NCBI GenBank assembly: GCA_947085985.1 | Contig: CAMTYL010000004.1 | Span: forward strand, 150,885 to 214,884 | Source of the DNA: an uncultured bacterium | GTDB lineage: Bacteria; Patescibacteriota; Minisyncoccia; Phycocordibacterales; Phycocordibacteraceae | Direction of reading: 5' to 3' | Length of the DNA: 64,000 bases | Shown here: positions 1 through 9,848 of the stretch, in pieces | How the letters are laid out: each line of letters opens with the position of its first letter | Numbering within the stretch: the first letter of the stretch is position 1 | Position numbers and translations under genes: made by a program | The notes under the pieces: generated by a model | The model's database searches: none | Seen by the model: the letters and a program-made list of their open reading frames with translations, nothing else | Told to the model about the DNA's origin: nothing

Positions 1-1850
1 GAAGAATTATTTCTGCTGCTGGAATAAGCGAGCTACCAACTGCCGGCCAGGCACAGGGAGCGCTTGATCGTCCGTACACCACGGCAACGATGCTCATTAT
101 GCTTTCCATACTTGTAACCATCACCGCGGTGGTTCTACTTGCTGCGGCAATCATGCTCGTTATTCGCGTGGTGGTGCTCTCCCTTCTTATGGTCACGTCG
201 CCTATTGGGTTTGCCGGCATGGCCATACCTGCGCTAAACGGAATTGCGAAAGACTGGTGGCATCAATTATTGAACCAATCGTTCTTTGCTCCTCTTTATT
301 TGCTTATGGTTTTTATAAGCCTCAAGCTTCTCGACGGTCTTAATGGTGAAGGGTCGAGAGCATCTGTTACTGCCGCAATCACGGGAGACATCTCGAGTGG
401 CGGAACGACAGCCGGGAACATGCAGGTGCTTGTGGTGTATGCGGTTGTGATTGGATTTATGGTGGCATCTCTTATGATTGCGAAAAAGATGGGCGCTGCA
501 GGAGCTGGGTTCGCAACAAACGCGGCCAGTGCGGTGGTGTACGGCTCTCTTGCGCGCGCAACTAATTTTGCTGCCGGTGGCGCCACCAAGGGGGCGCTTC
601 AGCTCGCCAGAAAGTATGGTGGTCAGAATACTGTCAGAGCCGCGAATGTTGCCCATAGCTTTGTGCGCGGCTCAAATATTGATATGCGTCGCATGGCTGG
701 CATGGGGGCGCTACTGGGTGTGGCAGGGGCAACTACTGGTGCGAAACCGGCCGAGCACGCAACCTTTGCTGAAATGTCGCATCAAGCGGGTGATATTCGT
801 GACGGAAAAATGATGGACAAGCTCAAGCGGCAAGCGGACGCGGATGAACGCACATACCGACTCAACCAGGTACACGGAGATACCCCGCTCAAGGACGAGC
901 AGAAGCGTGACCTGGCACTCATTACCGAAGAGAAGGAGCTCGCGGCACTGCACGGAATCAAGAGTGGAGTGGCCAGCCTTGCTCGCGCACTGTCTCCTGA
1001 GCAATTCAAGAAACTTATGGAGGGTAAGGAGTTGGGTGATGGGGAGAAAGAGAAGTTGCGCAACGCCCGCCTGGGCATAATTCCAGATCAAATGGCAAGA
1101 ATTGAGAAAGGTAAGTCACCAACCGCAACAGTAGACGAGAAAGAGGACGCTAAGAAAGCGAAGCAAGAGCTCCGGAGCATGTCTGGGTACGACCTTGGTC
1201 AGCTTGGCCGGTCGTCCGAGCACGGTGACTTGTTAAAAGACGAGAAGCTTGCAGCCCTAATTAGCGACGATCAAGCTGAGGGTCTTCAAAAGAATGACAA
1301 TTTAACAGTGACACAGAAGCAGAGTGCTAAAAATGCCCGCAAGGCTCGATTTAATGCTGCTAACGCGAAGACCACAATCGACGCAATGAGTAGAGAGCAG
1401 ATTAATAAACTCGATCAAGACACCGTTGCCGATGACAACGTATTGCCGCACATTAAGCCTGATCACTTGGTGGCCATGATGGACGACAACCGATATGACG
1501 CAACCCAGAAGGCTAAAATAGAGAATGAGCTCAAGAGAAAGTTTGACTTCACTAATGCGGCCGCAACACTCTCAACGATGAGCCCTGGTAAGGTTGCGGA
1601 ATTAAGCGGGGCCATCCTTACACAGCCACATGTGGCAGCGCTGCTTGATGATGGCCACCTAGAGAAAATTCAAAAGGCAGGAAATCTCTCCGGCCCTGAG
1701 CGCGCCGCTATAGGCACACACATACAAAGTGTGCTTGCCAGCCCTGGTAGTCCGCGGGCCGCACAATTCATGGGATACCTAAAGGCAGACCCACGTAACG
1801 CTTCTTATTGGGGAGTTACACTACCAACAAGAAGAACAACCACACCTTAA
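1..1850 (+). CDS. VirB6/TrbL-like type IV secretion membrane protein, 5' end outside window
   Basis: Frame is open from position 3. Several N-terminal TM helices (LLAAAIMLVIRVVVLSLLMVTSPIGFAG...) are followed by a long hydrophilic K/E/D-rich tail. Sits at the head of a VirB3/VirB4 cluster. Confidence 0.5.
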   Translation, partial: RIISAAGISELPTAGQAQGALDRPYTTATMLIMLSILVTITAVVLLAAAIMLVIRVVVLSLLMVTSPIGFAGMAIPALNGIAKDWWHQLLNQSFFAPLYLLMVFISLKLLDGLNGEGSRASVTAAITGDISSGGTTAGNMQVLVVYAVVIGFMVASLMIAKKMGAAGAGFATNAASAVVYGSLARATNFAAGGATKGALQLARKYGGQNTVRAANVAHSFVRGSNIDMRRMAGMGALLGVAGATTGAKPAEHATFAEMSHQAGDIRDGKMMDKLKRQADADERTYRLNQVHGDTPLKDEQKRDLALITEEKELAALHGIKSGVASLARALSPEQFKKLMEGKELGDGEKEKLRNARLGIIPDQMARIEKGKSPTATVDEKEDAKKAKQELRSMSGYDLGQLGRSSEHGDLLKDEKLAALISDDQAEGLQKNDNLTVTQKQSAKNARKARFNAANAKTTIDAMSREQINKLDQDTVADDNVLPHIKPDHLVAMMDDNRYDATQKAKIENELKRKFDFTNAAATLSTMSPGKVAELSGAILTQPHVAALLDDGHLEKIQKAGNLSGPERAAIGTHIQSVLASPGSPRAAQFMGYLKADPRNASYWGVTLPTRRTTTP

Positions 1851-2656
1851 TGGAATACACTGACGAACAAATCATTGCTGCTATAGATGCCGCGCCGGTG
1901 CCGGTGCAGGAGACGCTTCGTAGCTCAGACACGAACAAAGCGTTGGCTGATATTGGGGCTGCGCACAATCTCCACATAGACCAGATTGGTGATTTAGCAG
2001 AAATTAACAGAAATCTTCTCGTTGGTCTTGTGGCGCCAGCTGAGATGTATGGAGAACTTGTTGAGATTGGAGTATCTGCTGACGAAGCGCGCCAGATAAT
2101 GTCTGAAATTAACACTAAAATCTTTGTTCCTTTGAGGGAGAAAATGCGGAGTTCTACTGAAGACTCGCCGACAACTGCTCCAGCGCCGCTTCCAAAGCCA
2201 GCGCCAGTATCGCAAGCACAGCCGTTACCGCAGTACCCCGCAGCACCTCTTCAACAAGAACACGTCACCCGTCCCTTGTCTGGTTTGGCGCCACAGGTTG
2301 CTCCACCAGCACTGCTGTCGCCCGCTCCCCACACGCAAGTGTTTACACCAGCAAGCGGGTGGCCGGGTGCTCCGGCAGGGAACTGGCAACCGGCGGCCGC
2401 GGTACACGTGTATGTTCCGGGCCCAGCACCTGTACACCCTCAAATGGTGGCGCCTGCCACACCTCCTGCTCAACAACCAATTTACACACCCGCCTCTGTA
2501 GAGGAACTTCCTATCCAACCAACACGCCAACCTGAACAGGTGGTACGAACCGTACGTCCGATTCCAGCACCTCCTCCTAATTTGCCGGGCACAACGCCAG
2601 AGCGACCCCTAGAGAAGAACTACGTAGCAGATCCGTATCGCGAGCAGCCGCTTTAG
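1850..2656 (+). CDS. hypothetical protein with Pro/Ala/Gln-rich C-terminal half
   Basis: ATG overlaps the upstream stop (TAATG). Structured N-terminus (MEYTDEQIIAAIDAAPVPVQ...) then a P-rich low-complexity tail. Confidence 0.45.
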   Translation: MEYTDEQIIAAIDAAPVPVQETLRSSDTNKALADIGAAHNLHIDQIGDLAEINRNLLVGLVAPAEMYGELVEIGVSADEARQIMSEINTKIFVPLREKMRSSTEDSPTTAPAPLPKPAPVSQAQPLPQYPAAPLQQEHVTRPLSGLAPQVAPPALLSPAPHTQVFTPASGWPGAPAGNWQPAAAVHVYVPGPAPVHPQMVAPATPPAQQPIYTPASVEELPIQPTRQPEQVVRTVRPIPAPPPNLPGTTPERPLEKNYVADPYREQPL

Positions 2657-2691
2657 TTTGGTGATTATTCGTTCTCTGATACGCTATACAC

Positions 2692-3126
2692 ATGTCTGAA
2701 AACCCTCCTCGCAATGAGTCCGGCCCCAATTCACCAGCTGAAGCCGCGCCGACACCTTCTTTAGAAGAGACCGGGGAGCGCAACGCAGTCCCGCCAACTC
2801 CAGAAGCACCGGCGCAAGCAATTGCTGAAAGACGCGAACGTTTGGCTCGCACAGCCGTGGAAGCGACACCTAACCAAGCCCCCGCGCAACCAGCAGTAGC
2901 TGCAACTGTCCCGGTAGCTCCTACTAGGGGACCTTTTGGGAAAATCATCCATGGCACGGGCCGAGTAATGGGTAAGGGTTTTAAGATGGGCGCTGGTTTT
3001 CTTCATGGTTTTTTTGGATACATATTTGTACATATGATTTGGCACGGACTTAAGAATCTTCCTTCCTTTGGGGGAGGGGGTGGTGGCTCAAAACCAAGTG
3101 GCGGAGGGGGAGGTGGTCATCACTAA
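2692..3126 (+). CDS. hypothetical small protein with Gly-rich C-terminus
   Basis: ATG at 2692. Hydrophobic segment FLHGFFGYIFVHMIWHG followed by GGGGGGSKPSGGGGGGHH. Confidence 0.4.
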   Translation: MSENPPRNESGPNSPAEAAPTPSLEETGERNAVPPTPEAPAQAIAERRERLARTAVEATPNQAPAQPAVAATVPVAPTRGPFGKIIHGTGRVMGKGFKMGAGFLHGFFGYIFVHMIWHGLKNLPSFGGGGGGSKPSGGGGGGHH

Positions 3127-3173
3127 TTGTTTCTGTGCATAGTTCGTAGTGCCAGCTGGTATACTACGAAGTA

Positions 3174-3602
3174 ATGGAGTACCAAGTACCGCAATTCATT
3201 GAAGTAGAGGACAAGATTTTTGGTCCGTTCACTCTTAAACAGTTTATTTACGTTGCTGGTGGTGTTGGCATATGTGCAATATGTATTCTCTACGTACCCA
3301 TGCCGTTTGGCATTGTGCTTGCCATCCCGTTTGCAGCACTCTCGGCCGCTCTTGCGTTCTATAAGGTAAACAATAAGAGCTTTGTGGAAGTGCTTGAGTC
3401 TGGTTTCAAGTTTTATACCACCGATCGCTTGTACCTGTGGAAGAAGGAGCCGAAGACGGGCAAGGCCGTGGAGCAGGGACCAAGCGTCGCCGCAAGGGCA
3501 CCAGAGCGCGCAGAGCTTCAGAATCTCTCTCGTAGTCGTCTACACGACTTGGCGTGGTCGCTTGATGTGAAGGACACTGGCGCAAATAACGACAACAAAT
3601 AA
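3174..3602 (+). CDS. VirB3/PrgI-like small T4SS membrane protein
   Basis: 142 aa with two adjacent TM helices (YVAGGVGICAICILYVPMPFGIVLAIPFAALSAALAF). Lies directly upstream of VirB4. TGGTATACT extended -10 box 9 nt upstream of the ATG. Confidence 0.45.
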   Translation: MEYQVPQFIEVEDKIFGPFTLKQFIYVAGGVGICAICILYVPMPFGIVLAIPFAALSAALAFYKVNNKSFVEVLESGFKFYTTDRLYLWKKEPKTGKAVEQGPSVAARAPERAELQNLSRSRLHDLAWSLDVKDTGANNDNK

Positions 3603-3604
3603 TC

Positions 3605-4222
3605 ATGCCCCAGTCCAAAGCAACACAGGCATTTGTGCCGGTAAAGGAAGTGCGAAATGGTGTCGTCATCCTTAAAGATGGCGGCTACCGCGGCATTCTC
3701 ATGTGTTCTTCTATCAACTTTGCCCTAAAGTCTGAAGACGAGCAGAAGGCAATCATTGGCGGGTTCCAGAACTTTCTAAATACCCTGGATTTTTCTGTTG
3801 AAATCGTGGTGCACTCTCGCAAAATGGATATCCGTCCCTACCTAGTGATGCTTGAGGGGCGCATGGACTCACAGAGCAATGAGCTGATGCGTCTCCAGTT
3901 GCGTGAGTACATCCAGTTTGTGCGTGGCTTTATGGACTCTACAAGCATCATGACGAAGTTGTTCTACATCGTGGTGCCGTATTCGCCAGCTCCAGCAAAA
4001 GCAGTTGCGGGCGCCGTGTCTATGCTTAGCCGCGGGCAGGGGAGTGGTTCAGGAGACACGTTTGAAGACGACCGTGTGCAGCTAGAGCAGCGCATGGCAC
4101 TTGCTGCCGGCGGGCTCACGTCCGCAGGACTTCGCGCAGTACCGCTTGGTACTGAAGAAATTATTGAACTTTTGTATCGCTCATTTAATTTGGGGGAGCT
4201 GGAGAGCCCAATCAGACTATAA
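3605..4222 (+). CDS. VirB4/TraE-family ATPase, N-terminal domain encoded as a separate ORF
   Basis: FVPVKEVRNGVVILKDGGYRGILMCSSINFALKSEDEQKAIIGGFQNFLNTLDFSVEIVVHSRKMD resembles the PrgJ/TrsE-type VirB4 N-terminal domain. Ends at an in-frame stop 142 bp before the ATPase ORF. Confidence 0.55.
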   Translation: MPQSKATQAFVPVKEVRNGVVILKDGGYRGILMCSSINFALKSEDEQKAIIGGFQNFLNTLDFSVEIVVHSRKMDIRPYLVMLEGRMDSQSNELMRLQLREYIQFVRGFMDSTSIMTKLFYIVVPYSPAPAKAVAGAVSMLSRGQGSGSGDTFEDDRVQLEQRMALAAGGLTSAGLRAVPLGTEEIIELLYRSFNLGELESPIRL

Positions 4223-4364
4223 TGGTATGAGTATGTCTAAAAATCCCATCTACGTCGTTGCGGGTCCCCACTCATCGCTCCGCCGTATGCTTGATACGTC
4301 TCCGCTCTTCGTGTCCCCACGCCTAGTATCTGGGGCTTTTTTGACGCACTCTATACTTTAAACT

Positions 4365-6179
4365 ATGGCACTTCTTGATTTCCTCGGTAGAAACAACAAA
4401 GACGAAACCCCCAGTATCACACCGGTGTTGCCGCGTGATATTTACGCGGAGGGAGCACTAGACTTAGCTGACGCAATTGCGCCCGCTGCACTTAAAGTAA
4501 GCGCTAGAGAGATTGAACTCGGTGAGAAGTTTTCTCGCACGTTCTACACCATATCCTACCCACGCTTTTTAGCTGATGGATGGTTCACGCCCGTCATCAA
4601 CCTAGACCGGGTGTTTGATGTTGGTATTTTTATTCACCCCATAGACACAGGGTCTGCGCTTCGTGGATTCCAGCGCAAGGTGGCTGAAGTAGAGAGTCAG
4701 ATTGAGGACCGTGCAGAGAAGGGGCTGGTACGCGACCCGCTTCTTGATACCGCGTACCAAGACCTAGAAACACTTCGGGACCAGCTACAGCAGGCTCAGG
4801 AGCACCTCTTTGAGGTAGGCTTGTACATCACCATCTACGGCGACACTAAGGAAGAGTTGGACAAAATTGAAGGGGAGTTGCGCAGCATCCTTGATTCAAA
4901 ACTTATATACACAAAACCAGCGCTCTTCCAGCAGGAGCAGGGGTTCCGCTCAACTCTTCCTCTTGCACTTGACCAGCTAGAGGTACACAGCAAACTGAAC
5001 TCATCGCCGCTTTCCTCCATTTTTCCGTTTGTTTCTTTTGACCTCACAAGCGACACGGGTATTCTCTACGGCATCAACCGACATAACTCATCGCTCATTC
5101 TTTTTGACCGGTTCTCCATGGAGAACTACAACTCGGTGGTGTTCGCTAAGTCTGGTTCTGGTAAGTCGTATGCAGTGAAGCTAGAGGTTCTGCGCTCCCT
5201 TATGTTTGGGACAGATGTCATTGTTATTGACCCAGAGCGTGAGTATGAAGACCTTGCGAGCGCCACTGGTGGCCGCACGTTCAATATCTCGCTTTCCTCC
5301 GAACACCACATCAATCCTTTTGACTTGCCTCCCGTAAAAGAGGACGAGGAGCCCGCCGACATTCTTCGCTCAAACATCATTAACTTGGTAGGGCTGTTCC
5401 GCATTATGCTCGGGGGACTTACCCCAGAAGAGGACGCGATTGTGGACAGAGCTATTACCGAGACCTATGCGCTGAAGGACATTACCGGTGACAACGACTT
5501 TACGGGCGTGGAGCCGCCCCTGCTCTCTGATTTTGAACAGATTCTTTCTGGCATGGAGGGGTCACAATCTCTCGTGACACGCCTTTCTAAATACACACAT
5601 GGCACGTGGTCTGGCTTTTTGAACCAGCCAACCAACGTGGACATCAACAAGCAGTTTATTGTCTTCTCGGTGCGCGATATGGAGGACGAGCTGAAGCCGG
5701 TGGCAATGTACATCATCACGCACTTTATTTGGAACGCGGTGCGTCATGAGCTGAAGAAGCGCCTTCTCGTGATTGACGAGGCGTGGTGGATGATGAAGTC
5801 GGACGACACTGCCTCCTTCCTCTACAGCCTGGCAAAGCGTGGCCGCAAATATTACCTAGGGCTTGCAACCATCACTCAAGACGTTGAAGACTTCTTGAAG
5901 AGCCCCTATGGAAGACCAATTCTTTCAAACTCATCTATTCAGCTACTCTTGAAGCAATCACCAACCACTATCAATGTTCTGCAGGAAACATTCAACCTAA
6001 CGGACGAGGAGAAGTTCTTGCTCCTTGAATCGGGAGTAGGGGAGGGGCTCTTTTTTGCGGGACTTAAACACGTTGCCATTAAAATTGTGGCTTCGTACAC
6101 GGAGGACCAAATAATTACTTCTGACCCTTCTCAGATGCTCGCCATTAAACAGGAAAAGAGTCGGCTTGAGGCTGCATAG
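4365..6179 (+). CDS. virB4: VirB4/TraC/TrsE-type conjugal transfer ATPase, C-terminal ATPase portion
   Basis: Walker A VVFAKSGSGKSYAVKLEV and Walker B LLVIDEAWWMM. 604 aa. Different frame from the N-terminal ORF, with its own TATACT box 6 nt before the ATG. Confidence 0.85.
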   Translation: MALLDFLGRNNKDETPSITPVLPRDIYAEGALDLADAIAPAALKVSAREIELGEKFSRTFYTISYPRFLADGWFTPVINLDRVFDVGIFIHPIDTGSALRGFQRKVAEVESQIEDRAEKGLVRDPLLDTAYQDLETLRDQLQQAQEHLFEVGLYITIYGDTKEELDKIEGELRSILDSKLIYTKPALFQQEQGFRSTLPLALDQLEVHSKLNSSPLSSIFPFVSFDLTSDTGILYGINRHNSSLILFDRFSMENYNSVVFAKSGSGKSYAVKLEVLRSLMFGTDVIVIDPEREYEDLASATGGRTFNISLSSEHHINPFDLPPVKEDEEPADILRSNIINLVGLFRIMLGGLTPEEDAIVDRAITETYALKDITGDNDFTGVEPPLLSDFEQILSGMEGSQSLVTRLSKYTHGTWSGFLNQPTNVDINKQFIVFSVRDMEDELKPVAMYIITHFIWNAVRHELKKRLLVIDEAWWMMKSDDTASFLYSLAKRGRKYYLGLATITQDVEDFLKSPYGRPILSNSSIQLLLKQSPTTINVLQETFNLTDEEKFLLLESGVGEGLFFAGLKHVAIKIVASYTEDQIITSDPSQMLAIKQEKSRLEAA

Positions 6180-6191
6180 GGCCTCACTACA

Positions 6192-6731
6192 ATGGCATAC
6201 GACGGAGATCCAGCAGAATATTTACGCGCACTGGACACTCACCGCGAGCGCCAGGCGGAGCACCACGCTCGGGTTTTTGCCTCTATCGCAGAGCTTTACA
6301 GCAGCAAGGGTGAGCAGTTTGGGGACGAGGAGGCAAAGCAACTGCTTGGTGAGGGCAAGAAACCAACGATACCGGACTTTCCCGTACTTATCTTTGGACT
6401 AGCTGCGGTAAAGGATGCGCTGGACGTGCTGGACCTCACTATTGTGGGCACTATTGTTGTGTTCTTTTTTTCCGTCATTATTGCGATTATTCTGGCTATT
6501 TGGACGTTCGGGAAGATAAGTGGGGGGTGGTGGAAGAAGGCCCTCATTAAAAAAATTCTCGTCCGCTACGGAATTTGTATCGCTATTGAGCTGATCCCTT
6601 TTGTACAAATGGTCCCGACCACCATGGTGTTTGTTCTCCTTGCCCACTATCACGAGACAAAAATTGCAAAGTTATTTAATGAAGCCTTGGAGCGCATACA
6701 CCGAGGCGGCATTGCTCGAAGAGGGTCCTAG
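6192..6731 (+). CDS. small integral membrane protein, T4SS-associated
   Basis: 179 aa with hydrophobic helices (IVGTIVVFFFSVIIAIILAIWTF; GICIAIELIPFVQMVPTTMVFVLLAHY). Confidence 0.4.
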   Translation: MAYDGDPAEYLRALDTHRERQAEHHARVFASIAELYSSKGEQFGDEEAKQLLGEGKKPTIPDFPVLIFGLAAVKDALDVLDLTIVGTIVVFFFSVIIAIILAIWTFGKISGGWWKKALIKKILVRYGICIAIELIPFVQMVPTTMVFVLLAHYHETKIAKLFNEALERIHRGGIARRGS

Positions 6732-6783
6732 TGTTCAGTTGCTTGGTGTGGGCCCGTACCCACTTGAGCGGTATACTGTGTCT

Positions 6784-7776
6784 ATGTTTAGGCCTGGAGT
6801 TGTCCTTGTATTATTTCTGGTACTGCTAACACAGACGACTGTGGCGCACGCCCAGTTTTCGTCAGAAGAGAATCCTATAAATAGTATCCTTACTCCAACC
6901 TACCCGCGCCCGTATCAGACCGCTATTGTGAGTCCACGAAGTAGCCTGATTGATTTGTCTGCAAGTACAGTGGTGATTTCTGTAAACGGTACCGTAATTC
7001 AACGGGGCAGTGGTACGCAGGGCGCCGCTTTTCGTATTGGGGGCCCGGGTGAGACGACGACTGTTGTGGTGACGGTCACCGCTCCGGGAGGGAAAGTGTA
7101 CACCGACACCATCACTGTGCGCCCTGCAGATGTGGCGCTTGTGGTAGAGCCCGCGACTACCGTTCATCCCTTTTACAAGGGACTTCCGCTTGTTGCTCCT
7201 GAGGGGCGTGTTCGGCTGGTTGCCGTGCCGGACCTACGGAGCTCTGCGTCAACCAGCATAGACCCTAGTAAACTGGTGTATACCTGGAAGCTTGGGGAGC
7301 GGGTCCTTACTGACGCCTCGGGCATAGGCCGCTCGGTACTTGTCGCCACAGCACCTATTAAGTATCGCGACGCTACTATATCGCTCCTCGTGACGAGCCA
7401 AGACTCTAGCGTGGTGGCACAAGCATCGACTGTCATAGAGCCGAGTGACGCCATTGTTCGTATGTACCCATACGACCCGCTACTTGGACCAAACTATGAT
7501 CTGGCCTTAGAAAATGAATACACGCTAAACGCGACCGAGGGCACACTTAGGGCTATTCCGTACTTCTTTTCTTCTTCTCCGACGATAGAGTGGAGTGTTG
7601 GTGGGGTGCCGCAAAGCGCGCAGCGTGATATCACCGTGCGGGCAACCGGCTCGGGGCGGGGGGCAACCGCGCTTGAGGTGAGGGCACGCATAACCGGAAC
7701 CCCGAACATTGCTACCAACAGATCCTTGCTTCGATTCGGCGAAAGTGTGTCACCATTTAGTATCTTCGGCTTCTAG
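6784..7776 (+). CDS. secreted protein with repeated beta-rich domains
   Basis: Signal peptide MFRPGVVLVLFLVLLTQTTVAHA begins at ATG 6784. Repetitive T/V/S-rich domains. Confidence 0.5.
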   Translation: MFRPGVVLVLFLVLLTQTTVAHAQFSSEENPINSILTPTYPRPYQTAIVSPRSSLIDLSASTVVISVNGTVIQRGSGTQGAAFRIGGPGETTTVVVTVTAPGGKVYTDTITVRPADVALVVEPATTVHPFYKGLPLVAPEGRVRLVAVPDLRSSASTSIDPSKLVYTWKLGERVLTDASGIGRSVLVATAPIKYRDATISLLVTSQDSSVVAQASTVIEPSDAIVRMYPYDPLLGPNYDLALENEYTLNATEGTLRAIPYFFSSSPTIEWSVGGVPQSAQRDITVRATGSGRGATALEVRARITGTPNIATNRSLLRFGESVSPFSIFGF

Positions 7777-7780
7777 ACAT

Positions 7781-8635
7781 ATGCGAACACTACTCATACT
7801 TGTACTCTTGCTTGCGGTCACGGTGCCTTTTGTGGTGCTTGCTGAGCCTACAGACCCGGACAGGCCTGCCTTTGTTCCCCTCACCAGTATTCCTGGTATT
7901 GAAAGTGCTGGAAATGCAGACTCTCTGCCAGATTTTCTAAACAGTCTCTACCGTCTGGCGATTGGCCTGGCCGCAGTGCTGGCCGTGCTTCAAATTGTGC
8001 GTGCGGGCATTATGTATATGGGCGGAGACTCAGTGACGGAGAAGAAAGAGGCGAAAAGTCTCATTGCTTTGTCTATTGGTGGGTTAATTCTGATTCTTTC
8101 TCCCGTCGTTGTTTTTTCAGTCATAAACCCAGATATTCTGAGCCTTAAAATAAACGCTATTGGGGAGCTTAAACAAACCGAATTCGAAAGATACAAACAA
8201 GGCCAGGAAATTGGAGCGCGCACCGAGACATTGCTTTGGACAAATTCTTCACTTGCTCGCAGCGCTGCCGAAACAAAGTGTACGGCCGATGGTGGCGACA
8301 AGCTGGCATACGTTTGTAAGAAGCCGGATGGCACTACCCGGACCTTGGCCGCAAACCAAACGTGCGCCGCAGGAGAGATAACTACAAGTTTTTGCTACAA
8401 GACTGGAGGCACTGGTGGTGGCTCCGACAGCGAAACACAGAAGATGTGCGAGAAATATCATCGACAGATTGCGCCTTCTCCTGGATCGTGCTCTAAGCTT
8501 GCAGGCGAGGACTGGGCCTCAATTAATTCGGCCTGTTGCTTTGATGTAAAAACCGGCCAGCAGTGTTGCGGAAAAATAAAAGTTTCTCCAAACGAGCCTC
8601 CGCCCACTGGCCCCAACGTCAACCAACAGCAGTAG
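7781..8635 (+). CDS. VirB2/TrbC-like pilin candidate with Cys-rich C-terminal extension
   Basis: Signal peptide MRTLLILVLLLAVTVPFVVLA, then two hydrophobic helices separated by a short loop (LAIGLAAVLAVLQIVRAGIMYM...SLIALSIGGLILILSPVVVFSV), then a 130-aa tail with 12 Cys. Confidence 0.4.
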   Translation: MRTLLILVLLLAVTVPFVVLAEPTDPDRPAFVPLTSIPGIESAGNADSLPDFLNSLYRLAIGLAAVLAVLQIVRAGIMYMGGDSVTEKKEAKSLIALSIGGLILILSPVVVFSVINPDILSLKINAIGELKQTEFERYKQGQEIGARTETLLWTNSSLARSAAETKCTADGGDKLAYVCKKPDGTTRTLAANQTCAAGEITTSFCYKTGGTGGGSDSETQKMCEKYHRQIAPSPGSCSKLAGEDWASINSACCFDVKTGQQCCGKIKVSPNEPPPTGPNVNQQQ

Positions 8636-8637
8636 CC

Positions 8638-9843
8638 ATGAACAAGCGCACACTTATTATCGGGGCTAGCGTTGTCGTCGTTTTGGGAATTCTTGTCGCT
8701 GGATATTTTATGTTTTTCTCTGGTAGTGATGGTCCTGGTGCTACCCCCAATCCCTTTGTTGGGGCGGGGGACCGCGAGCCCGGGAATAATGATGTTCCCA
8801 CAGGTTCGGTTGAGGGGGCTGGCACGATTGTCGCACCCCGTCTCATGAAAATAACTGATGGTCCTGTGGCACACGGGGCTTTGGCAATGCAGATTAGTGT
8901 TCCGGGTCTTTCCACATCTACCCCGGCGCTGGAAGACACTGAGGTTCGCTATATTGAACGACAAAGTGGCAACGTGTATGCGTTCCGTCTTCATGACCGC
9001 ACCCTTACTCGCATAAGCAACAAAACCTTACCTGGAATTATTGATGCTTCGTGGTTCCCGGACGGCTCGCGTGCGCTCGCCCGGTTTGTATCAAACGAGG
9101 CCGGGGTTGATAGGGTGGCGACATATGCACTTCCCACAAATGGTACTGAGGGGTACTTTCTAGAGTCAGATTTAGCGTCTGTTGGTGTTTATGCTTCGTC
9201 TAGCATCTACGTTCTTACGTCTGGCTCAGCTGGGTCTGCGGCCAGCGTTATTGCTCCTGGAAGTGGGGCGGTGACCACGCTTTTTACCACACCTCTTTCT
9301 GCAGTAACCACTGTCCCTTTTGGTCGTAGCGACTTTGTGGTTACTACCAAACCTTCTCAGACGATAGACGGGTATTCGTTTATGTATTCATCCAGCTCTG
9401 GAACACTTTCTCGTCTTCTTGGTCCGCATGCCGGACTTTCAACACTTCCTGACCCCACGGGAAAATACGTTCTCTTCAGCTACATATATCGCGGTAAGGT
9501 GTTGCTCGCGGTCACTGATGTTGCTACAAGAACAGTGACGCAGCTTCCGGTAGCCACACTTGCAGAGAAGTGCACGTGGGCACCTGATGGTCTGTCGCTT
9601 TACTGCGGTGTGCCGTCGACCCTCTCCACCGATCTCCCAGACGCGTGGTACCAGGGCGCCAAGCACTTTACTGACCGCCTTTGGAGCATAGACCTTGGTA
9701 CACGCTTGGCCACTCTTATGATTGACCCGCTTGCGGTGGCAGATGTGTCTATTGATATGGTGGCGCTCACGGTAGACCCAGTAGAGGACGCTATTATTTT
9801 CACCAACAAAACAGATGGTTCGCTGTGGGCGTATGACTTCTAG
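8638..9843 (+). CDS. membrane-anchored beta-propeller-like protein (TolB/WD40-like repeats)
   Basis: N-terminal TM anchor LIIGASVVVVLGILVAGYFMFF. Repeated motifs such as WFPDGSRALA and KYVLFSYIYRGKVLLAVTD. Confidence 0.5.
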   Translation: MNKRTLIIGASVVVVLGILVAGYFMFFSGSDGPGATPNPFVGAGDREPGNNDVPTGSVEGAGTIVAPRLMKITDGPVAHGALAMQISVPGLSTSTPALEDTEVRYIERQSGNVYAFRLHDRTLTRISNKTLPGIIDASWFPDGSRALARFVSNEAGVDRVATYALPTNGTEGYFLESDLASVGVYASSSIYVLTSGSAGSAASVIAPGSGAVTTLFTTPLSAVTTVPFGRSDFVVTTKPSQTIDGYSFMYSSSSGTLSRLLGPHAGLSTLPDPTGKYVLFSYIYRGKVLLAVTDVATRTVTQLPVATLAEKCTWAPDGLSLYCGVPSTLSTDLPDAWYQGAKHFTDRLWSIDLGTRLATLMIDPLAVADVSIDMVALTVDPVEDAIIFTNKTDGSLWAYDF

Positions 9844-9848
9844 AGCGT

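Noticed and set aside
4101-4361. 86-aa ORF in the spacer between the two VirB4 ORFs
   Set aside because: No protein-like composition. Lies in the same frame as VirB4-C but is separated by a stop. Interpreted as spacer.
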